32,000 nucleotides of DNA from Candidatus Methylomirabilis limnetica (GTDB taxonomy: Bacteria > Methylomirabilota > Methylomirabilia > Methylomirabilales > Methylomirabilaceae), in contig NZ_NVQC01000016.1 of NCBI RefSeq assembly GCF_003044035.1, positions 1 through 32,000 of the forward strand, in the 5' to 3' direction. Under the pieces are notes generated by a model. It was not told the origin of the DNA and searched no databases. It saw only the letters and a program-made list of their open reading frames with translations. This document shows, piece after piece, positions 23,692 to 31,681 of this stretch (the first letter of the stretch is position 1; each line of letters begins with the position of its first letter). The position numbers and the translations under genes were made by a program.

Positions 23692-23811
23692 ATGCCTAAC
23701 AAAGGCTTCAACCGGACACAGTACCACCCTTTCCACGTGTCGATTCCTGAAGGCCAAGATACCACCGGTCTTGTCATGGTCGAGCAGATCAAGTCGATCG
23801 ATTTCCGTTGA
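23692..23811 (+). pseudogene. MazF/PemK-family toxin, C-terminal stub only (39 aa)
   Basis: MPNKGFNRTQYHPFHVSIPEGQDTTGLVMVEQIKSIDFR matches the family's C-terminus (P..V.I....GL...S.V...QI.tID..R). The N-terminal ~70 aa are absent. The first codons coincide with a GCCTAAC core. Confidence 0.5.
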
Positions 23812-23861
23812 ACGGATAATAGGGACAGCGACCATTTAAGCTTGATACACAAAGAGGATGT

Positions 23862-23918
23862 GCCTAACAAATCGTTCCAGGGATGGCGTAAACGCCGCCG
23901 CTGAACTCGCCGTTATGC
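23862..23918 (+). other. Candidate attC site 5 (57 bp)
   Basis: GCCTAAC (a perfect RYYYAAC) ... GTTATGC. The arms AACAAATCGTTCCAGGGATGGCG and CGCCGCCGCTGAACTCGCCGTT pair imperfectly around a TAAA loop. Confidence 0.5.
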
Positions 23919-23956
23919 ATCAGAAATCGCCGGACTAAATAAATAGGGATTATCGA

Positions 23957-24217
23957 ATGGGGAAGTATTCAAAGCTCAGGGAGAAAATATTGGCTGGCGG
24001 TGCCGACTCAAACATCGAGTTCGCCGACCTGTGTAAGTTACTTGGCCGCCTTGGCTTTGAAGAACGGGTGAGGGGTGATCATCATATTTTCACCCTGGGT
24101 GGCGTTGCCGAGATCATCAATTTACAACCGAAGGGCAAAAAGGCTAAACCGTATCAAGTCAAGCAGGTCAGGAATACTCTTGTAACATATCGATTAGGAG
24201 AAGGCGATGTCGATTAA
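23957..24217 (+). CDS. hicA: Cassette 6: HicA mRNA-interferase toxin
   Basis: LCKLLGRLGFEERVRGDHHIFT...KAKPYQVKQVRNTL shows YcfA/HicA features. It overlaps the hicB start. Confidence 0.8.
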   Translation: MGKYSKLREKILAGGADSNIEFADLCKLLGRLGFEERVRGDHHIFTLGGVAEIINLQPKGKKAKPYQVKQVRNTLVTYRLGEGDVD

Positions 24218-24419
24218 GTATGAACTCGTGATCTACTGGAGCGATGAGGATCAAAGCTTTGTGGTCGAGGTCCCAGAACTGCCTGGGTGCATGGCAGACG
24301 GAGAGACCTACGAGCAAGCTGTTGCGAATGCGCAAGAAGTGATCGAGGAGTGGATCGAGACCGCTCGGGAGCTCAATCGTCCAATTCCACAACCCCGGGG
24401 TCGGCTGATGTATGCATAA
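24207..24419 (+). CDS. hicB: Cassette 6: HicB antitoxin
   Basis: YELVIYWSDEDQSFVVEVPELPGCMADGETYEQAVANAQEVIEEWIETARELNRPIPQP. Confidence 0.85.
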   Translation: MSIKYELVIYWSDEDQSFVVEVPELPGCMADGETYEQAVANAQEVIEEWIETARELNRPIPQPRGRLMYA

Positions 24420-24426
24420 TAATAAC

Positions 24427-24665
24427 CGGTCGGGGAGATAGGTAACAAAACAGTCCGGAGACATGGGTTACATTTTATGACGTTGTAATCTACCATGTTC
24501 GTCCTCAACGCGCATGTGTCGTTCATGGAGCCGACCGAGCGTGTGCGGGCCGAAGTAGACGCTCCAGATGCCATCGTCGATTTCTTCCGGGCCTACATAC
24601 TCCTCGACGTGTTGAAAATGCTTCGCATTTCTCCCCCGCCTGCGCGAACCTGACCGCCGGTCAGC
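24427..24665 (-). mobile_element. Copy 2 of the ~240-bp repeat with a transposase-tail remnant
   Basis: The minus frame reads EEYVGPEEIDDGIWSVYFGPHTLGRLHERHMRVEDEHGRLQRHKM*, followed by PMSPDCFVTYLPD. It is collinear with copy 1 from CGGTCGGGGAGATAGGTAAC through CTGACCGCCG. Confidence 0.5.
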
Positions 24666-24723
24666 CCGTATTGGGCACTAGGAAGTCGGCCCTCGCATTG
24701 ACGCAAGTTCGTATGAGTGCTAA

Positions 24724-24930
24724 CCTTCATTACTAGTATTATCCGCCGAGTACTTCCATGAGCGAGTTCAGGCCGAGATCGAGGCCTCCGGAAAGCATGC
24801 GCCCTCGGTGGGCTCGCTGAAGCGATACGCCGCTGCTGTTGGTTGTACACTCAAGAACAAACTTATCCCAACTGTGCCCAACCAAGCCTTCGAGCGGGCC
24901 TGCCGCATAAAGCTGCGGCAGGCCGCTTAA
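24724..24930 (+). pseudogene. XRE-type HTH antitoxin, C-terminal remnant without a start codon
   Basis: The frame opens after the TAA at 24721 and reads ...IEASGKHAPSVGSLKRYAAAVGCTLKNKLIP.... This resembles the helix-3 to C-terminal part of HigA/XRE antitoxins. No ATG, GTG or TTG start is present. Confidence 0.4.
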
Positions 24931-25030
24931 CGTGAACATTCGGCGGCACGGAGAATTCGTATCGATTCGGATCGATCAAGAGGTATGCTGAAGCTGAAAG
25001 GGTTTCCGGTCGAAGGTCGGTAGGTTGTGC
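24925..25030 (+). other. Candidate attC site 6 (long, weakly paired)
   Basis: GCTTAAC (a perfect RYYYAAC overlapping the stop) ... GTTGTGC. The GTTGTGCGG core is identical to the one at 19865-19873. Arm pairing is only partial by eye. Confidence 0.35.
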
Positions 25031-25046
25031 GGGAAGGGGGTTCCCT

Positions 25047-25364
25047 ATGCCTGAGATCGTGCGGAACCGGAAGGAAGTAATCGAACGCCTGGAATCAGCC
25101 GAGGCCGCGATCCGTGCGCTGGGGGTTCGGCGGCTCGCGCTGTTTGGCTCGTTTGTTCGGGAAGCGGCGTCGCTCGACAGTGATGTCGATGTCCTGGTCG
25201 AGTTCGAGCCCGAACGGAAAACATACGACCGGTTTCTCGATCTCTCGGAACTCTTGGAGCGCCTGCTTGGACGTCGTGTTGAGATCGTGACGACCGAGTC
25301 GCTGAGTCCCCATCTCGGCGCTTATATCCTTTCCGAGGCCAGAGATGTCATTCGAGCCGCTTGA
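25047..25364 (+). CDS. mntA: Cassette 7: MNT-type nucleotidyltransferase antitoxin
   Basis: [24 protein letters not shown] contains the GS...D.D nucleotidyltransferase motif. It overlaps hepT by 20 nt. Confidence 0.85.
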   Translation: MPEIVRNRKEVIERLESAEAAIRALGVRRLALFGSFVREAASLDSDVDVLVEFEPERKTYDRFLDLSELLERLLGRRVEIVTTESLSPHLGAYILSEARDVIRAA

Positions 25365-25719
25365 GTACCTGCGTCACATCCTCATCGAGGCAGACTATCT
25401 GGCCGAGCAGTGCGCATCGCTCAGTAAGGAGCAATTGCTGGCCGACGAAACCTTGCGCCGGGCGTTTGCGCGAAGTCTGGAGGTCATTGGTGAAGCCGCC
25501 AAGAAAGTACCCGATGCGTTTCGCGAGCAGCATCCCGAGGTGGAATGGCGGGCAATGGCCGGCATGCGCTACCGACTGATCCATGGGTACTTCGGTGTGG
25601 ATTACGAGCTTGTGTGGGATGCCGTGAAGAACAAGGTACCCGTTTTGAGGGGTCAAATCGTAAACATCCTCCGTGATGCGGGCAGCCGCACCCAGCCCAA
25701 AGACCCGACGAGTCGTTGA
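25345..25719 (+). CDS. hepT: Cassette 7: HepT (DUF86) HEPN RNase toxin
   Basis: [12 protein letters not shown]...[25 protein letters not shown], with the Rx4HxY motif. Confidence 0.85.
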   Translation: MSFEPLEYLRHILIEADYLAEQCASLSKEQLLADETLRRAFARSLEVIGEAAKKVPDAFREQHPEVEWRAMAGMRYRLIHGYFGVDYELVWDAVKNKVPVLRGQIVNILRDAGSRTQPKDPTSR

Positions 25720-25869
25720 ACTGTACCCGGAAGACATCCCGCCGAATATCGGGATCGAGCGGACTGGCGGTGCCGGGACGGAACGGGGGATCGCTGCTTG
25801 CGGCTCATCGCGGGCATTGGCCCTGAGGTGGAGAATGCGGTATATTTGTGACCAAGTAAGGAGAACACC

Positions 25870-26070
25870 GTGACAACTGTGGAGACGATCGAGCGCGCCA
25901 TCGAGCAACTTCCTTCCGAAGAACTCGCGAAGCTTCGACGCTGGTTCTTGGAGTTCGATGCTGCTGCTTGGGATGCCCAGATTGAGGCAGATGCTGCTGC
26001 CGGAAAGTTCGACGCGTTAGCTGAAGAGGCGCTAGCTGAATATCGCACCGGTAGGGCGCGCGAGATGTGA
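25870..26070 (+). CDS. Orphan antitoxin-like protein (partner type of RelE/ParE toxins)
   Basis: GTG start with AAGGAG upstream. IEQLPSEELAKLRRWFLEFDAAAWDAQIEADAAAGKFDALAEEALAEY is typical of small antitoxins. Downstream there is only a 32-codon stub (26067-26162). Confidence 0.6.
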   Translation: MTTVETIERAIEQLPSEELAKLRRWFLEFDAAAWDAQIEADAAAGKFDALAEEALAEYRTGRAREM

Positions 26071-26131
26071 GGTACTTCACAATAATGCTTCTCTGGCTGC
26101 AATATTTGAGCAATACCCTATACGGCTCGGT

Positions 26132-26254
26132 CGTACCACGGCGCACGAGAATGCCATTCTGAGAGAGCGGCCAGCCGAGTGTTGTCGGGTTACGCTGCGC
26201 TAACCCGACCTACGGCTGACTACGGCTGACGGCTGATCGCCATTTTCTAAGGAA
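26132..26254. repeat. Intergenic repeat cluster (R1 copy in reverse orientation, GGCTGA repeats, ATTTTCTAAGGAA motif)
   Basis: The reverse complement of 26132-26213 aligns almost base-for-base with 18159-18240. TACGGCTGAC occurs twice (26211-26230), and ATTTTCTAAGGAA lies at 26242-26254. Confidence 0.85.
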
Positions 26255-26267
26255 TGTTCACACAGCT

Positions 26268-26861
26268 ATGGTGAATCGGATCGACGCGAAGCAGGAATAT
26301 ATTCTGGGGATTACCGGGGCCAGCGGGGTCGTTCTTGGCATCCGGACGCTTGAGGTGCTCCAGGAACTGAGGCTGCCCGTCCATCTGATCGTGTCCGAAG
26401 GGGCGAAGGCGACACTTCGGGAAGAAAGCGGACGCACGATGGAGGATCTCAAGCGCCTTGCCACCTTTTTCCACGACGATCGGGACCTCGGCGCTTCCAT
26501 CTCGAGCGGCTCCTACGTCTCGCCCAACGTGGCCGCGATGATTGTCTCGCCTTGCTCGATGAAGAGCCTGGCGGCCATCGCTACCGGTTACACCGAGACC
26601 TTGATCGCCAGAGCGGCTGACGTTGTCCTGAAGGAGGGGAAGCGCCTTGCTCTTGTGGTGAGGGAGAGCCCCTTTACCGCCATCCACCTGGAACAGATGT
26701 TGACATTGGCAAGGTCGGGCGTCAAAATCGTTCCGCCAGTGCCGCCGTTCTATCAGAGGGCACAAACGGTCGAGGAGTTAGTGGATCAGATCGTCGGACG
26801 GGCGCTGGATCAGATCGGTCTGCACACCGACTTACCAAATCGGTGGCTGGGCACAGGATAA
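26268..26861 (+). CDS. ubiX: Flavin prenyltransferase UbiX
   Basis: Contains ILGITGASGVVLGIRTLEVL, IVSPCSMKSLAAIATGY and LVVRESPFTAIHLEQM. Confidence 0.92.
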   Translation: MVNRIDAKQEYILGITGASGVVLGIRTLEVLQELRLPVHLIVSEGAKATLREESGRTMEDLKRLATFFHDDRDLGASISSGSYVSPNVAAMIVSPCSMKSLAAIATGYTETLIARAADVVLKEGKRLALVVRESPFTAIHLEQMLTLARSGVKIVPPVPPFYQRAQTVEELVDQIVGRALDQIGLHTDLPNRWLGTG

Positions 26862-27034
26862 CGATCGAGGCGCTGCCGGCGAACGTACTCACCCGATTCG
26901 TTATCCACTTCCGTTCGGCGCCATTCCATGCTATACAGCTTGATCGAGTATTAGCGAGCTGCGTGGTCTGGCAGGGAAGCGAGGAGATTGGGGAAAGAGC
27001 TGTGTATAGTCGTCATTTTGAAGGATAATCTGAC

Positions 27035-27712
27035 ATGATGGGGCAGGGAACCTTCCAGTTTATTGCTAACGGTGGGATCACGATGGTGATCCTCGCCATA
27101 TTCTCTATCTACTCACTCGCGGTGATCGGCGAGCGGTTCTATACATACTATAAGGCTCAGAAAGCTACCGAACAGGTAGCCGGGAAGGGGTTGCAGTATG
27201 TGGCGGATGGGAAAAGGGCGGAAGCGCTCCGTCTGTGCGAACAGAATGCCGGCAGCCCGGTTGGCAAGGTCCTGCAGGCCGGTCTCCTGGCCATCATCGA
27301 CCAGGAATCTCCGGACCTCGCCGGTAAGCGATTTTCGCGTCGGCTCGAATCGTGCAAGGGGGCTATGCAACGGGCCACCTCCGCGGAGATCACCCGGCTG
27401 GAACGATACCTGGGCTCTCTCGCGACGCTCGGTAATGTCAGCCCATTTGTTGGCCTTTTCGGGACCGTTCTGGGGATCATTCGGGCCTTCGAGGCGATTG
27501 CCAAGACGGGGTCGGGTGGGATTGGTACGGTATCATCCGGGATAGCCGAAGCGCTCGTGGCAACAGCCGCGGGCTTGTTCGTGGCTATTCCTGCAGTGAT
27601 TGCGTACAACTATTTTGTCGGCAGGGTCAAGGATTTTACCACGGCAATGGACAATGCGGCCTCGGAGATGGTGGACAGGCTATTGGATCAGGCCACCCAT
27701 CATGGAGACTAA
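27035..27712 (+). CDS. MotA/TolQ/ExbB-family proton channel
   Basis: Three TM segments and the conserved C-terminal block LATLGNVSPFVGLFGTVLGIIRAF...GIAEALVATAAGLFVAIPAVIAYNYF. Confidence 0.9.
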   Translation: MMGQGTFQFIANGGITMVILAIFSIYSLAVIGERFYTYYKAQKATEQVAGKGLQYVADGKRAEALRLCEQNAGSPVGKVLQAGLLAIIDQESPDLAGKRFSRRLESCKGAMQRATSAEITRLERYLGSLATLGNVSPFVGLFGTVLGIIRAFEAIAKTGSGGIGTVSSGIAEALVATAAGLFVAIPAVIAYNYFVGRVKDFTTAMDNAASEMVDRLLDQATHHGD

Positions 27713-27717
27713 AGAGG

Positions 27718-28134
27718 ATGGGCATGCAGACTAACAGTGGGAAAGATCGGCGGCTGCTTTCAGAGATCAACATCACTCCTTTGGTGGACGTGACCCTTGT
27801 CCTGCTGATCATCTTCATGGTGACGACCCCGATGCTCCAGCGTGGGACTGATGTCCAACTCCCGACAGCGCAGGCGTCGCAGGTGAAAGAGGAAGAGCGC
27901 ATCACCTTGACGGTGACGAGAGACAGCCGCATCCTCGTCAATAATGAGGAGGTACCCCGGAAAGACCTTGAGACCCGCCTTAAATCCATGACCGGTTCCG
28001 GGAAGGAGCGGGTTCTCTACTTACGCGGCGATGCCAGGGTCCCTTATGGTTTCGTCATCGATGTGATGGATGCGATCAAATCTTCCGGCATCGAGACGGT
28101 TGGAATGATCACCGAGCGAGCAGAGTCCAGATAG
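27718..28134 (+). CDS. ExbD/TolR-family protein
   Basis: SEINITPLVDVTLVLLIIFMV is followed by a periplasmic domain. The start may instead be the ATG at 27724, which is better spaced from AGAGG. Confidence 0.9.
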   Translation: MGMQTNSGKDRRLLSEINITPLVDVTLVLLIIFMVTTPMLQRGTDVQLPTAQASQVKEEERITLTVTRDSRILVNNEEVPRKDLETRLKSMTGSGKERVLYLRGDARVPYGFVIDVMDAIKSSGIETVGMITERAESR

Positions 28135-28165
28135 CCCACTTCACCGCTGTGAGCCCACACCCGGT

Positions 28166-28783
28166 ATGTTCAGACTGATCCTACGGGAAGAGAAGTTCTT
28201 TGAGTTCTTCGATGAGGCAGCCAATAATATATTGGAAGGCGCAAAAGTCCTCGTTCAGATGACCGATGAACACGACTCGGACCTTCAGGAACGCTGGAAG
28301 CGACTTGAGGAGCTCGAGCACGTGGGAGACAAGATCACCCACCAGATCATCCGAAAGCTGAACCGGACATTCATTACCCCCATCGAACGCGAAGACATTC
28401 ACGGTCTGGCTGTGGCGCTGGACGACGTTATGGACCTGATCGAGGCGTCGGCTGCCCGCATGAGTCTTTACAAGATCAAACGGCCTACCGAAGAGTCCGG
28501 GAAGCTTGCCCAGGTCATCCTGAAATCGGCTGAGGAGATTGTCAAAGCGGTGTCAAGCCTCGAGCGAATGGACGACGTGATGGAGCATTGCATCGAGATC
28601 AATAGACTGGAGAACATGGCCGATGATATCAGCCGAGAGGCGATTGCCGACCTCTTTGACAAGGAGCACGATCCGATGGATGTTATCAAGTGGAAGGAGA
28701 TTTACGAGACGATGGAGACGACCACCGACCGATGTGAAGATGTGGCCAACATCGTCGAATCCGTGGCATTGAAGAGTACCTGA
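28166..28783 (+). CDS. DUF47 (PhoU-like) family protein
   Basis: Contains [51 protein letters not shown] and [31 protein letters not shown]. Confidence 0.85.
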   Translation: MFRLILREEKFFEFFDEAANNILEGAKVLVQMTDEHDSDLQERWKRLEELEHVGDKITHQIIRKLNRTFITPIEREDIHGLAVALDDVMDLIEASAARMSLYKIKRPTEESGKLAQVILKSAEEIVKAVSSLERMDDVMEHCIEINRLENMADDISREAIADLFDKEHDPMDVIKWKEIYETMETTTDRCEDVANIVESVALKST

Positions 28784-28832
28784 TCCGCAAGATCCACCAA
28801 TCGAAAAGAGGCCGCAGTGGGGGGTTCGTAGG

Positions 28833-29120
28833 ATGTTCGGACTTGGGATGCAAGAGCTGATTGTAATCTTTGTCATCGCGCTCTTAGTCTTCGGCCCCAA
28901 GAAACTGCCGGACCTTGCTCGATCGCTAGGCCGAGGTATGGCGGAGTTCAAGCGAGCCTCTGATGAGCTGAAGGAAGGATTGTCTACCGAGCTAGCGGAA
29001 GAGGAGGAGAAGGCAGGTGCGGTGGCAGAGCAGAAGACGCAAGCCGCCGAGGCTGAAACGCTTCCGACCGTAGGCCAGGAGGAAACGCCGAAGGGAAAGC
29101 ACGAGACGCGGAATGTCTGA
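28833..29120 (+). CDS. tatA: Twin-arginine translocase TatA/E-family subunit
   Basis: [42 protein letters not shown]. Confidence 0.9.
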   Translation: MFGLGMQELIVIFVIALLVFGPKKLPDLARSLGRGMAEFKRASDELKEGLSTELAEEEEKAGAVAEQKTQAAEAETLPTVGQEETPKGKHETRNV

Positions 29121-29913
29121 TGAGAAGATGGCGTTTTTCTCCCACCTGGAGGAGCTCCGAAAGCGGATCCTCATATCCATAGTAGCCATCGGGATCGGGT
29201 TCATTGTCACCTTCAACTATTCGGAGACGATCCTTCGTGTTCTGAAGCGCCCCCTGACGACCGATCTCATTTTCTCCAGGACCTACCCCTTCCTACGATC
29301 CGCCCCACGCCAGGGCCCCCCCGTCGACCTGTTCTTCCTGGCGCCTGCCGAGGCCTTCTGGATGCACATGAAGATCGCCATTTTTGCCGGCCTTTTGTTA
29401 GTCCTGCCAATCGTCCTCTATCAGATCTGGAAGTTCATTGCGCCCGGCCTACTCGCTCACGAGAAGCGTTATGCCCTTCCCTTTGTGGTGCTGTCGACCG
29501 TCTTCTTTTTTTGCGGCCTGCTGTTCTGCTTCTACCTTGTCCTCCCGTTCGCCCTGAACTTTCTCCTGACGTACAAAACCGAAAATCTGAAGCCGATGAT
29601 CTCCATCGGTAACTACATGGACTTTACCACAAAAGTCCTGTTGGGTTTCGGAGTAGTCTTTGAGCTCCCGTTAGTCATTGGACTTGCGGCCAAGATAGGG
29701 CTGGTCACGCCCCAGGTTCTTGCCAAGAATCGGAAGTACGCGATCCTGGCTGTCTTCACGATTGCAGCCATTCTGACCCCCACCCCGGACGTCTTCAACC
29801 AGACGCTGATGGCTGTGCCGATGTATCTACTCTATGAGGTCGGGATTCTCGGGGCACGCATTCTGGTCAAGAAACCGGCAGTCACCTCGCAGGAGGCGAC
29901 GGAAGGAGTCTAA
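29113..29913 (+). CDS. tatC: Twin-arginine translocase subunit TatC
   Basis: Contains [13 protein letters not shown], six TM segments and WKFIAPGL...E.KY. It overlaps the tatA stop. Confidence 0.92.
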   Translation: MSDEKMAFFSHLEELRKRILISIVAIGIGFIVTFNYSETILRVLKRPLTTDLIFSRTYPFLRSAPRQGPPVDLFFLAPAEAFWMHMKIAIFAGLLLVLPIVLYQIWKFIAPGLLAHEKRYALPFVVLSTVFFFCGLLFCFYLVLPFALNFLLTYKTENLKPMISIGNYMDFTTKVLLGFGVVFELPLVIGLAAKIGLVTPQVLAKNRKYAILAVFTIAAILTPTPDVFNQTLMAVPMYLLYEVGILGARILVKKPAVTSQEATEGV

Positions 29914-29951
29914 GACGTTAGAGGTCCCAGGGTTAGATGAGTGGCTCAGGC

Positions 29952-30329
29952 TCACGCATGCTTGAGGACGATCGTTTCGACCACGTTCGCTACATCCTCA
30001 CAGCGGTCGGTCACACCTTCGAGCAATTCGTAGATCTCCTTCCACTTGGTCACCTCTAGAATCGGTTGCTCTCCTTCGAACAAGCCGGCGATCGCACGCC
30101 GATACAGATCGTCCGCCTCGTTCTCCAACCGATTGATCTCCACGCAGATCTCCTCCACCCCGACGAATCTGGGCAGGTCCCCAATCGCCTTCACGACCTG
30201 CTCGGCCGATGCTAGAATGAGGGCCACCATCTCGCGGGATATTCTCCTGCAAACGCCGTCACTTCTGCCCATCGTGTCATCAGAAACGAGTGATCGAATT
30301 CGGTGAATGGTTCCTGGATGATCTTGCTG
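29952..30329 (-). pseudogene. Decayed DUF47 paralogue (C-terminal half, N-terminal part frameshifted or lost)
   Basis: [65 protein letters not shown] parallels residues of the intact copy at 28166-28783. The frame has a stop at 30330-30332, and only weak other-frame similarity lies further upstream. Confidence 0.6.
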
Positions 30330-30372
30330 TCACCATCCCTCAGCGTCACATTGTCTTCTCCGTCCCCAAGCT

Positions 30373-31239
30373 GATCCGCCAACGTGGGCGGAGATCGACC
30401 AGATGAGGGCGCATGGCGCTCCGCTCAGCCTGGTGTGTCGGACGTTGGGCGTCTCGCGGGCGGGCTTCTACAAATGGCAGCACAGCTCGGCGCCCACTCC
30501 ACCGCGGCAGGAGCCGCGTGATAAGCGCTTGGCCCAGCGGATCCGGAGCACCCTGGGCCGGGAGGAGACCTTCGGCTGCCGCCGGGTGTGGGCCTGGCTG
30601 CGGTTGAAGGAGGGGGTCGTGGTCAATCGGAAGACGGTGCATCGGGATTATGCAACTGAAGGGCTGGCATCGCCCTGCCCGTCGGCCCAAGCCGACATGG
30701 GTGAGAGCTCGACCGTGGACCAGCCGGACCGACTCTGGGCCACCGATACGACGAAGATCTGGTGCGTCCGGGATGGCTAGGCTTCCCTGGTGGGCGTCCT
30801 TGATGCCGGGAGTCGCGAATGTGTGGGCGCTCGGCTCGCCCATCATGGCCGGGCGATCGAGGCCATCGATGCGCTGGAGCAAGGGATCGTCCAGCGCTAT
30901 GGGGGTCTCCGCCAGGTGCCTGCGGGGCTGCGGCTCCGGCACAAGAACGGCTCCATCTTCCTGGCCCAGCTCTTTGTCGGCACCGCGCAGCAGCTCGCGA
31001 TCACCCGGGAGTTCATCCTCCGCGACTCGCCGGAGTACAACGGGGTCATCGAGCGATTCTTCCGGACCCTGAAGCAGGAATGTGTCTGGCTGCATCACTT
31101 CGAGTCCTTCGAGGAGGCCGAACGCATCATCATGGACTGGATTGCGCGCTACAACACGGAACGGCAACACTCGGCCCTGGGGTATCTCACCCCTCGTGCT
31201 TGGCGTGAACAGTTCTACCAACTCTCCCAGGCGGCATAA
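30373..31239 (+). mobile_element. IS3-family transposase OrfB (rve integrase core), inactivated; orfA and the left end are missing
   Basis: LSLVCRTLGVSRAGFYKW...DRLWATDTTKIWCVRDG-TAG-ASLVGVLDAGSRECVG...YNGVIERFFRTLKQECVW...YNTERQHSALGYLTPRAW. The in-frame TAG at 30778-30780 sits where the family has Trp. An additional frameshift near 30645-30700 is possible. Confidence 0.8.
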
Positions 31240-31567
31240 GACTTGTTGACTTTCGAGGGGGCACTACACTGACTACCATGATTGTTTCTGGTTCTCCCGC
31301 CTCGACCGCGCATCCAAGGATGATCAGACCTTCAAGTCTGGAGTCGCCGTAAGGAAAGGGAGAGGCACGATCTATAGATGGGGCGAGAAGCGTCCTGAAA
31401 AGGAGCCGGCTCATCTTCGGACCCACCGCGGAGGCAGGCTAGGTCTGCACTAACCGCAAGACTCGTTGCGATGCGGTAGTGAAATCACTGCTGCGTGGGC
31501 AGCAGTGGGCAATTAGAATATCCCACACGAGGTGTTGCACAAGTTAGCACAAGGAACCGGGGAGCAT

Positions 31568-31681
31568 ATGCGCAGACATGTTTTAACCGTTTTCGCCATG
31601 CTTCTCGCCTGGATACTTGATTGTAGTGCCGCCCCTTTCATGACGTGCAGCAGCAGTTACCTATCGAACGGATGGTTCTAA
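31568..31681 (+). CDS. Possible 37-aa exported Cys-containing peptide (speculative)
   Basis: GGGGAG lies 6 nt before the ATG. MRRHVLTVFAMLLAWILDCSAAPFMTCSSSYLSNGWF has a signal-like N-terminus. It lies in an AT-rich stretch and is too short for the ORF track. Confidence 0.2.
   Translation: MRRHVLTVFAMLLAWILDCSAAPFMTCSSSYLSNGWF

Noticed and set aside
23029-23835. 268-aa minus-strand ORF over the TumE-like/HTH cassette
   Set aside because: The plus-strand pair has family motifs, an overlapping-gene TA architecture and its own promoter. The antisense product is low-complexity and Arg/Ser-rich.
24648-24712. An attC site formed by GCGCGAAC...GTTCGTA after repeat copy 2
   Set aside because: Apart from GAAC/GTTC, the arms show almost no complementarity by eye. 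It is more likely a degenerated site or a coincidence.
25720-25869. An attC site between hepT and the orphan antitoxin
   Set aside because: A GTTGAAC-like inverse core overlaps the hepT stop, but I found no GTTRRRY-type core or paired arm before 25870. Only a weak TTGGCC-18-TATATT promoter-like element (25817-25846) was seen.
30346-31221. 291-aa minus-strand ORF opposite the IS3 orfB
   Set aside because: The plus strand carries clear rve-domain motifs, and the minus frame has none.
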